From positions 73,178 to 137,177 of IMG/VR virus record IMGVR_UViG_3300013132_000023: a stretch of 64,000 bases of DNA. One strand, written 5' to 3'. Within the stretch, counting starts at the first letter, position 1. Each line of letters starts with the position of its first letter. This DNA is from a virus. The position numbers were made by a program, and so were the translations under genes. The notes below the pieces were generated by a model. It had not been told where the DNA came from. It ran no database searches and saw only the letters and a program-made list of their open reading frames with translations. Shown piece by piece: positions 56,818 to 64,000 of this stretch.

Positions 56818-56836
56818 TCAAGCAAGGCTTTATTAA

Positions 56837-57316
56837 TCATGGCAATAGTTTCCAGGTTATCCATTCACATGGTACAACAATAGACTTTTTGTCTCCAAAT
56901 TGGTGACAAACAACGTGTTCACAAGCTTCAAGCAAATACTTGAGGTCGTCTACACTTATTAGTGTGTATTTGGGGCATTCGGTTGCAGCACCTAACACCA
57001 TCAATAGTTGAGCGTTCTGTGCAATGTATTTGTTAAGCTGAGACACTTTTAAGTGAAAGCTTTTTGGCATTGGACGACAGAATTTGACTTCGACAAATCC
57101 AACACCATTTACCTTAAAATCAGGATCAACGGTTACTTGCTCAAGAGTAAGATACCGACCGTCGTTCCCACAGCCATTGTCTTCGTACTTAGGATTGCCG
57201 ATTGTTAGCAACCATCGTTCCAATAGCTTGCGTTCTATGCGATTTCCATCTTTGATATCGCGGGCAAATTGTGCTTGCGTTCGATTATCAAAGCGGTATG
57301 AATTTTTGCCGTTCAT
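56837..57316 (-). CDS. PD-(D/E)XK nuclease-like protein (paralog B)
   Basis: YRFDNR, GCGNDG, PDFKVNGVGFVEVKF, FHLK.SQ. Confidence 0.6.
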   Translation of the reverse strand: MNGKNSYRFDNRTQAQFARDIKDGNRIERKLLERWLLTIGNPKYEDNGCGNDGRYLTLEQVTVDPDFKVNGVGFVEVKFCRPMPKSFHLKVSQLNKYIAQNAQLLMVLGAATECPKYTLISVDDLKYLLEACEHVVCHQFGDKKSIVVPCEWITWKLLP

Positions 57317-57324
57317 TGTCCAAA

Positions 57325-57591
57325 TTATGATTGTATTGCTTTGATTACGAGTTTCAGTAGTTCTTCGTCGTCATCCGGAAGATCAGGATTTACCGCACGA
57401 AACTTAGCTGCAATTGATTTAATTGTCGCACGGATTTCATCCGGCGTAACTTCTTCGCCCTTTGCTCGAAAATGGCGAGCAATTTCTTCTGGTGACATCA
57501 TGAGTGGGCCAGCAACCACTTTCCTGCCGCATAGAGGGCATACATCGCAGCAAGCGACAGTCCTGCGGACAAAGTAAGAAGGAAAATCCAC
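57325..57591 (-). CDS. Hypothetical protein
   Basis: CPLCG then HTH-like helices. Confidence 0.5.
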   Translation of the reverse strand: MDFPSYFVRRTVACCDVCPLCGRKVVAGPLMMSPEEIARHFRAKGEEVTPDEIRATIKSIAAKFRAVNPDLPDDDEELLKLVIKAIQS

Positions 57592-57825
57592 ACTCCAATA
57601 ATGTTTCGTTCGGCTACACGAAAACAGTGAATTTCCTGATTATGTTGTTCCATGTTCTTCATGCCATAGTATAGCCGCAGACGCGGCTGTTGTCAAGCCT
57701 TTTATGGTAAAATGTAACTCCAAGCCCACTTTATGGCAACCAACAAGAAAGAAAGTACCAAAATGCACCACAAAACACAGAAGATGGACGAGAACCATCC
57801 TTCTGACGTTTTGGGTAGCTTACTC

Positions 57826-58023
57826 CTAAGCTTTGAAAAATCCAACAACCGCATTGTGATGAAGACAGTATTTTTCGATAACAGCCAAGAACGCTTCCTC
57901 GGGATACGCTTGAGCATACCCCTGATCTTTTCGCATTGCATTCATCGCTTTCATGGACTCAATCTCTGCGTATGCCGCAACAGATTGTGCAATGTAGTAT
58001 GCCGCTTGTTGTTCAGGTGTCAT
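57826..58023 (-). CDS. Hypothetical phage protein
   Basis: MKAMN..R..QGYAQAY.EEAF. Confidence 0.6.
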   Translation of the reverse strand: MTPEQQAAYYIAQSVAAYAEIESMKAMNAMRKDQGYAQAYPEEAFLAVIEKYCLHHNAVVGFFKA

Positions 58024-58070
58024 GTGGTCTGTTTATCGTTTGTTGCCAAGCCACTCAGTTAGTTTTTTCA

Positions 58071-58355
58071 TTACAGATCTTTAAGGATACTGAGCATGTA
58101 CTTACCACGGGCAATGCTGCCCCTCGCATCGGAACGCATCTTCTCAATGACCTCTTGGGGCGGCTTCCTAACGCTGATTACGGTAGTGTACGCACTACAG
58201 TCAAATCGTCTAGAAACAGAGTCGGCTTCCTCTGTTGCGTAATCTTTTAGATATTCCTTTTTCAGCTTGATCTGTTCAAAGAAGTAACGAATTTCGGTAG
58301 CTTGATGACCGGGGCCGAAGTGCGTTTCGAGCTTATACCAATAAATTTTATTCAT
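58071..58355 (-). CDS. Hypothetical protein
   Basis: 94-aa ORF. Confidence 0.55.
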   Translation of the reverse strand: MNKIYWYKLETHFGPGHQATEIRYFFEQIKLKKEYLKDYATEEADSVSRRFDCSAYTTVISVRKPPQEVIEKMRSDARGSIARGKYMLSILKDL

Positions 58356-58479
58356 CTTTTATCATACGTAGTGTCAATCGGTTCAAGTGAGGTTTTCATT
58401 TTAGAATTAGTAGGCGTGTCCGACATTAGCTAAACCGTGCTTCGAATTCGTTGCGTGACAGGGTGATCGTTTCCAATGT

Positions 58480-58842
58480 TTATTCTCTCTGAGGGTTTGT
58501 TAAATCGTAATAGTACAGAACTTCTCCAGTTTCAAGATTAACCCAACCCCACTTAAGAAGGTCAAGATCTCCTGTTGTCTTTAGCCACGTTCCAACACGA
58601 CCATTTGCCGTGGCTGTTACTCGCGTTCCAGGTGGTAGCGTAAACAGAGGAGTCCACGCCCGAGCCCTGTCAATTTCGTAGCGTGACAGAGTGATCGTTT
58701 CCAATTTCCAGCCAAGATGCTCAGCGAGCGTGATTACGTTTTCCACACAGTAAGCGTTGGAAAATACAAGCTTGCCGTCCAGAAACACAAGCCTGTGCTC
58801 GTGCTCGTTGCAATTGTAGATAACCAGTTTTTGTTGTTCCAT
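58480..58842 (-). CDS. Hypothetical protein
   Basis: Immediately behind TTGACA..TATACT promoter. Confidence 0.6.
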   Translation of the reverse strand: MEQQKLVIYNCNEHEHRLVFLDGKLVFSNAYCVENVITLAEHLGWKLETITLSRYEIDRARAWTPLFTLPPGTRVTATANGRVGTWLKTTGDLDLLKWGWVNLETGEVLYYYDLTNPQRE

Positions 58843-58959
58843 GATCTTAGTATATCCTGTAATTGGTCGTTGTCAAGGTTATTCTTTTGTAAGCCAAGTA
58901 AGATATGCTGCATTTAAAGCTTCACGCAAATGCCGTTTTTTCTTGGTGTTTATGCCTTG

Positions 58960-59124
58960 TTAGTTCTTATCCTTTTCAAGCCATTCCACGGTCATGTCAG
59001 GATCTCTATCTCTCTTACGAGAGATAAACCGACAAGCCTGATCTTGATTCTTGAAGGGACCAGCGATAGGCGTACCGTCATATAGGACGTACCAACCAGA
59101 CTGCTTGATGAATTCAATGCTCAT
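58960..59124 (-). CDS. Small hypothetical protein (54 aa)
   Basis: MSIEFIKQSGWYV...AGPFKNQDQA. Confidence 0.5.
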   Translation of the reverse strand: MSIEFIKQSGWYVLYDGTPIAGPFKNQDQACRFISRKRDRDPDMTVEWLEKDKN

Positions 59125-59212
59125 TTTAACTCGTTGCTTCGTTTATCCAGGTAGTTAGTTTTTGCTACAGCCACGCACACACGGTGAAGTATACCCTAAC
59201 GTCGCCGCCCCG

Positions 59213-59368
59213 TCAACTCGACGACGCCAGTCGCCACAAATAAATGCTAAACGCCCCAATAGACGCAAAAAGCAGCAACCTGACGACCCACATGGCAATA
59301 GTAAGGGCGAAACGAAAGCTTCTAGGATTTTCCCAGGCTTCTATGGTATCTCTATGGTGAGTTTTCAT
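59213..59368 (-). CDS. Small membrane protein (51 aa) spanning the left inverted repeat
   Basis: MKTHHRDTIEAWENPRSFRFALTIAMWVVRLLLFASIGAFSIYLWRLASSS. Confidence 0.45.
   Translation of the reverse strand: MKTHHRDTIEAWENPRSFRFALTIAMWVVRLLLFASIGAFSIYLWRLASSS
59300..59335 (-). repeat. 36-bp inverted repeat, left copy
   Basis: Reverse complement TGGGAAAATCCTAGAAGCTTTCGTTTCGCCCTTACT is identical to 60416-60451. Confidence 0.93.
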
Positions 59369-59386
59369 GATGGGCTTGAAAAAGAC

Positions 59387-59674
59387 TTAAGTACGAACCC
59401 GGTAAGTAAGATGGCCGTCTTCCCAAATGGCTTCAATTAGCCCCTTCTCACACATAGAATCTAGCGTCTGCTGCAACTTGGAAGAAGAACACCGCTGGCG
59501 GAACTCGTCCTCGGTAGTTTCTTCTCCCACTTTATAGCTGTTCATGGCCACGCCAAGAGCCCACTCAGAGATGTGGGCATCGTTGTCTTCGTTGTAGGGC
59601 TCTTGAGTGAAGGCATCGATATCCTTGCGGGCCGTGGTTAGGTTGGTATGCTCTAAAATGACAAGCTTCTTCAT
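59387..59674 (-). CDS. Hypothetical protein (wHTH-like C-terminus)
   Basis: LQQTLDSMCEKGLIEA.W; own promoter. Confidence 0.6.
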   Translation of the reverse strand: MKKLVILEHTNLTTARKDIDAFTQEPYNEDNDAHISEWALGVAMNSYKVGEETTEDEFRQRCSSSKLQQTLDSMCEKGLIEAIWEDGHLTYRVRT

Positions 59675-59760
59675 GTTCCTATTGTATCATGAGGATTTTC
59701 TCTGTCAAGCTGAAAAAAGAACTTGACACACCCAAGCTCTTAGGGTACTATGATGGTGCC

Positions 59761-59876
59761 ATCGTCGGTTGACAGCAGGGAGAGTCTCGCACGCTCCCAA
59801 ACGAGATCAAATGAAACAAGTAGCGGGCTTGTCATACTCCACGGTAAAGTTTGGTCTTACCCTGCTTTTTACAGCC
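59761..59876 (+). ncRNA. Candidate small RNA with own promoter
   Basis: TTGACA-17-TACTAT upstream; AGCAGGG/CCCTGCT closing helix; no ORF. Confidence 0.45.
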
Positions 59877-59928
59877 TAATGGCGAATTTCGCTTGACAAC
59901 GCTTGAAAACATAGTACAATGAACACAT

Positions 59929-60007
59929 AGCGGGGTAGAGGAGTCTGGCCGTCCTCGTGATCCTCATAAGATCGAGACCGTGGGTTCGAATCCCACCCCC
60001 GCCACCA
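59929..60007 (+). tRNA. tRNA-Met(CAT), initiator-like
   Basis: A1:C72 mismatch, loop CTCATAA, ACCA; TTGACA..TACAAT promoter upstream. Confidence 0.88.
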
Positions 60008-60162
60008 AATACACCATTCCTTCCCAATGAGCCCGACAGGAATGGTGTGTCAAAAGGGGTTATGCTGTAAAAAAAGAGTGAACAACGCCGTGAATTGACA
60101 GCAGGAACGACGGACAAAATCACAGCCACGCCAGACGTGGAAGCGGTAACTAGAGACTGATC

Positions 60163-60221
60163 GCACCCCTTCGAGCCAGGAGATTCTGGGAACACCCGGT
60201 GTCTCCTGGTTCTTCTTTTTT
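60163..60221 (+). terminator. Hairpin + U-tract
   Basis: GAGCCAGGAGA...TCTCCTGGTTC followed by TTCTTTTTT. Confidence 0.55.
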
Positions 60222-60223
60222 AG

Positions 60224-60298
60224 GCCCGCGTAGTATAGTGGCTATTATTCGTTCTTGGTAAGAACGAGATGGGGGTTCGATTCCCTCCGTAGGCTCCA
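60224..60298 (+). tRNA. tRNA-Thr(GGT)
   Basis: CGTTC-TTGGTAA-GAACG; TCCA. Confidence 0.88.
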
Positions 60299-60299
60299 C

Positions 60300-60496
60300 A
60301 AAATCCTGGAAGCATGGGGTATGCCCTTACTTGTGTTTCAAGCTGCTTGAAAACAGCATGGGGGGTAGTTTCCCAAAATCCTAGAAGTGCAGACTTTTCC
60401 CTTACTGCACCCGATTGGGAAAATCCTAGAAGCTTTCGTTTCGCCCTTACTGCGGCGGCCCCCACAATTCTAGGAGTTCACCGCGAGCCCTTACTG
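60300..60496 (+). repeat. Bipartite repeat array AAAATCCTAGAAG-N11-CCCTTACT x4
   Basis: Copies start at 60300, 60375, 60420, 60464; spacer exactly 11 nt and variable. Confidence 0.88.
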
Positions 60497-60946
60497 TACC
60501 CCCAGGGGGTCCAGGGGCCGGGGCAGGCCCCCGGAGGGGCGGCCCGCCGCTCAAGGCGGCTACTCGGGACCGGGTGGGCCGACCCCCGGTCGCGGATACT
60601 CCCGAACCAACACCATCCTAGTTTCCTAGGAAGCTTCGGGGCGTTCGCAATGCTGACTACAGTATATCCCTTGAAAAGGGATAGTCAACCAAAAAGTGGA
60701 TTTTTGCTTCCCTGACTTTCGCCTAATCCAGTCAGTGTTAGTTTTTGGGCGAGTTGTTTTTGCCTCTCGGCATTCGTAACTCTTTGATCGACGATACATT
60801 ATACTATAGGGACGCGACTTGTCAAGGACAATCCTGATTTTCTTTTTCGAGCTTTTCCCTTGCCTATTCGAATCGAAGGGCTATACTTGTGACGAGTTTA
60901 CTAAAACCCGCCCCCAAGGGGGCATAACCAACAAGAAAGAGAAAAC

Positions 60947-61165
60947 ATGTCGAACGCAACTGCTAATCGTGGCCCTGGTCGTCCTGCTAACTTCCCTGGC
61001 GTCGAGGTCGTGTCTTTCCTGGCAAAGATCCCCGTCGAAACCAAGGAAATGGTTTCCACGCTGGCCGAACAGCGTGGCGAGACCATCGGCGTTACCTTGG
61101 ACGCCATGATTCGTCGGGCTTTCAAGGAAGCCACCCGCCAGCGTGGTGCGAAGTCGGATAGCTGA
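60947..61165 (+). CDS. Small DNA-binding protein (AT-hook + RHH-like)
   Basis: RGPGRP then beta-helix-helix; strong promoter and downstream hairpin terminator. Confidence 0.6.
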   Translation: MSNATANRGPGRPANFPGVEVVSFLAKIPVETKEMVSTLAEQRGETIGVTLDAMIRRAFKEATRQRGAKSDS

Positions 61166-61310
61166 GCTATCCACAAGCGTCGGTTCCTTAGGGGCCGCTC
61201 CAATCGGGGGCGGCCCCTGTTTTTTCAGAATTCTGTTTGCCTCTCTACGATTGCAGGCTATACTTGTGGCGAACCGGGGGAACGTCCCCCACAACAAGAA
61301 AGACAACAAC

Positions 61311-62336
61311 ATGAGCAAAGCTACGATCACTGGTTTTTTCAATCCCCGCACGGCGGGCGATACCTTCAAGGGTCTCAATGGCTCCATCGATGGGGCGGTT
61401 GCGGAAAGCATCATTCCGGATCTTCCGACCTTCCTGCAAAAGGCTGGTCGCGACTACTACATTCAGAAGGCTCCTGTTTTCCAGCGGTTCGACGGCGAAT
61501 TCGCGGAAGTCGAAAACCAATACCATCTCGTTCGCTCGAACGATCAGCGTGTGGTCAGTCCGCATACCGTCACTGGCCAATACGCTCCGCTCTCCCTCGT
61601 GGATATCGCGGAAGAACTCCAGCCCTGGTGTGACGCGGGCTGGTGTACGCCCGATGGCGTCTACAGCGGGCGGAACGAGTCGCTTGAAATCCTTAGCCTT
61701 CGCTTGGACGCTGGTGACGTGGAATTGGCAGAAAACGAGCGGTTCATGCACTACATCGTTTTCCAGAATCCCCACGGTAGCGGCGGCATGGCCAAGGGCA
61801 AGATCATTTCGTGGCGAATTGTGTGTGCGAACACGTTCGCGGCGGCGGTTTCTGCCTCGGCTGACTTCACGATCACGCACCGTGTGGCGAATGGCGACCA
61901 TGACGTGCAGAAGGCTATCATGGCAGGTCGAACCAAGGACGCTATCGCAGCGTGGGAAAAGGCTCGTGGACACATCGCGAAGCTTTCGGATAAGATCAAC
62001 GCATGGCAGTCGGTTCCCCTCCAATTCGCGGACGCCAAGAATCTGACGGATCGTCTCGTGGGTATTACGGATGAAAGCAAGGCGAGCACGCGAGCCAAGA
62101 ACAAGCGTGACGCTATCCTGGCGGCATTCAGCATGCCTCAATTTGGCACCTACGGACGCAACGCCTACGATTGGCTCAATGGCGTTACTTTCGTGAACTC
62201 TTCTCCGCTGGCGGAAGCCAACAAGCGTAGCAAGGTCTCGGGCATCGACCGCACTATCCGCAATCTGGACATGAACGGTTCGGGTTTCGCAGTGGAAAAT
62301 CGTGCCGAGAGTCTTCTCGCGGAGTTGATGGGCTGA
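61311..62336 (+). CDS. DUF932-family phage protein
   Basis: V...Y.P, N.HG.G, RIVCANT, I.H, G.NAYDWLNGVT. Confidence 0.8.
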   Translation: MSKATITGFFNPRTAGDTFKGLNGSIDGAVAESIIPDLPTFLQKAGRDYYIQKAPVFQRFDGEFAEVENQYHLVRSNDQRVVSPHTVTGQYAPLSLVDIAEELQPWCDAGWCTPDGVYSGRNESLEILSLRLDAGDVELAENERFMHYIVFQNPHGSGGMAKGKIISWRIVCANTFAAAVSASADFTITHRVANGDHDVQKAIMAGRTKDAIAAWEKARGHIAKLSDKINAWQSVPLQFADAKNLTDRLVGITDESKASTRAKNKRDAILAAFSMPQFGTYGRNAYDWLNGVTFVNSSPLAEANKRSKVSGIDRTIRNLDMNGSGFAVENRAESLLAELMG

Positions 62337-62345
62337 TGATCCTCG

Positions 62346-62376
62346 TGGGGCGGGGCTTGACTAAGCCCCGCCCCCG
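62346..62376 (+). terminator. GC hairpin overlapping next promoter
   Basis: GGGGCGGGGCTT-gact-AAGCCCCGCCCC. Confidence 0.6.
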
Positions 62377-62644
62377 TGTTATACTCTAACCACGATGGTA
62401 CGAAAATCCATCGGAACCCGCTGGCGAAATGCGGCGTCCGATCCGAACGAGTACCTTCGAGAGACGATCACGTTTTTTTCCGATTGGCTCAAAGCGGCGG
62501 TTGTCTTTTTGTTGGTAATGTTCCTGCTCGCGGTATACGTTGCATTCGTAGACGGCGAGTGATTCTCGGGGGCCGGTTCAACCGGCCCCCATTTTTGTTT
62601 GCTTTTCCAGCGTCGCGTGCTATACTTCGGACAAGGAACAACAC

Positions 62645-62890
62645 ATGACATTCAACGAACTTCTGAAAGCCTTGCTAGCTGTGTGCCCTCAAGGAAGCAT
62701 GGAGCAGGATAACGATGGGCAGCTTGTGTTCTACACTGATTTTTGGATGACCGACGATGGAACCCTGAAAACGCTTCAAGAATGCACCGGGTGCTTCGGA
62801 AGCGGTACCACGGGGGGCGGTCCTCCGGGTTCAGCGAGCCCGTGCGACGTGTGCCACGGCTCGGGCGTGGAGCCCCTGGCCGAAGGCTGA
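62645..62890 (+). CDS. Small protein with DnaJ-type CxxCxGxG motifs
   Basis: CTGCFGSG, CDVCHGSG; AGGA RBS and promoter. Confidence 0.65.
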   Translation: MTFNELLKALLAVCPQGSMEQDNDGQLVFYTDFWMTDDGTLKTLQECTGCFGSGTTGGGPPGSASPCDVCHGSGVEPLAEG

Positions 62891-63118
62891 AAAAGTCTAG
62901 GAGTCTTCGAAAAAACGTTACTAGACGACGACTCCTCCTCCCCCTGCCAGACTGGCAGGGGGAAGAGGTTGCATACGCACAAGTGCGTACGAAGAATCTA
63001 CCCTGGCATGGTAGACCTTTCCACCGTGCGAAGCCTACCCTGCCAATCGGCACAAGTCAAGGAAAAAGAAAAAAGAAAATTCTCTTGCCTTTTCTAGGCA
63101 ATAGGCTATAATTGGACC

Positions 63119-63754
63119 ATGAAGGTACTCGAACTCGAAACAAGCGTGGGCGGATTGTCCAAGCCCTCCAAAATGCCCGGTTTCTCCTACGGTATCCCTG
63201 CTAGGGAATGCAAGGTAGGCGGAATGCTTCGCAATATCAAGGGTAGCGTATGCTCGAAATGCTACGCCCGAAAGGGTATGTACGTTTTTCGTAAGGTGCA
63301 AGCGGCCCAATACCGTCGGCTGCAAATTCTTTCGGCCAACCTTTCGACGTGGGCGGAAAATATGACCGCCTTGTTGGTTCGCAAGTATGCCAAGCGTGAA
63401 AAGGTTTTCCGCTGGCACGATAGCGGGGATCTTCAATCGGCGGAACATCTTTCCGCCATCGTCCAGATTGCGAAGAATCTTCCCGACTTCGCATTCTGGC
63501 TCCCCACGAAGGAATACGCACTTGTGCGTAGCTGGGTCCGCGAGAACGGCGAATTTCCTACCAATCTCACGGTACGGATTTCCGCCCCGATGATCGGACG
63601 CGAAAGTCTTCCGAACATTCCGGGCACTGTTTCGAGCACGGTAGGCAACGCGGAAGGCTTCCAGTGCGAAGCCTACTCACGAGAGGGTAAGTGTGGGCCT
63701 TGTCGAGCGTGCTGGAAGCGTGACGTTCCTAACGTCAACTATTCGCAGCACTAG
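63119..63754 (+). CDS. gp88-like phage protein
   Basis: LSKPSKMPG, C..CYA.KG, FRWHDSGD, WLPTKE, N..VR.S, C..CRACW. Confidence 0.82.
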   Translation: MKVLELETSVGGLSKPSKMPGFSYGIPARECKVGGMLRNIKGSVCSKCYARKGMYVFRKVQAAQYRRLQILSANLSTWAENMTALLVRKYAKREKVFRWHDSGDLQSAEHLSAIVQIAKNLPDFAFWLPTKEYALVRSWVRENGEFPTNLTVRISAPMIGRESLPNIPGTVSSTVGNAEGFQCEAYSREGKCGPCRACWKRDVPNVNYSQH

Positions 63755-63763
63755 ATAGGCTAC

Positions 63764-63798
63764 GCCCCCAACTGTAGCGAGCCGCTATAGTTGGGGGC
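63764..63798. terminator. Hairpin terminator after gp88-like gene
   Basis: GCCCCCAACTGTAGCG-agc-CGCTATAGTTGGGGGC. Confidence 0.65.
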
Positions 63799-64000
63799 TG
63801 CTTCGTTTTCGTAACCATATGTTACGATATCGTAACTTTTCTAAGTAGCTATGGTGGCCCCAGGCCCTCTACCGTGACGCCAAACTATACCACGCCTTCG
63901 CGTGGTGAGCAAGTAGATTCTCGAAATTCTTTTTGCGATATGCTCAATGCTTTTTGCTAATTAGCCACCAGACCGCTTGGGCGGGCCTAGGATCGACGAT

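Noticed and set aside
60300-60496. CRISPR array
   Set aside because: Spacers only 11-12 nt, repeats bipartite, no cas genes in window.
60314-60715. 133-aa plus-strand ORF across the repeat array
   Set aside because: Low-complexity translation of repeats and GC hairpins, no RBS; not called as CDS.

Overview
64 kb fragment of a large lytic dsDNA phage genome (Caudoviricetes-like, standard code 11), probably infecting a diderm host. (1) 1-16.7 kb, + strand: IMPDH/GMPR, a glycan module (3 glycosyltransferases, 3 methyltransferases, fcl, gmd), MazG-like, FAD oxidoreductase, class II RNR, beta-helix protein and thyX. (2) 16.8-23.9 kb, +: paralogous Ser/Gly-rich virion-like proteins and a holin-like gene. 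(3) 23.9-59.7 kb, -: phoH, def+map, UDG, sigma factor, SMC-like ATPase, DnaQ, dNMP kinase, SSB, an RNA-repair toolkit (Rnl1, DRB0094-type ligase, PNK-like kinase, CCA enzyme, phosphoesterase, cyclic-phosphate receiver), rIIA/rIIB, and 24 tRNA genes interleaved with unassigned structured ncRNAs. (4) 59.7-64 kb: strand switch with 2 more tRNAs, a bipartite repeat array, a 36-bp perfect inverted repeat pair around a 1.08 kb segment, and GC-richer early-type genes (DUF932, gp88-like). Most unusual: tRNA-Lys x2, Asn and Ile(UAU) carry long variable arms while two tRNA-Leu lack them; covarying D/T-loop changes; a ~320-nt CCA-ended non-tRNA RNA; and the repeat array/IR segment. All calls are by manual reading and motif recognition; no searches were run.
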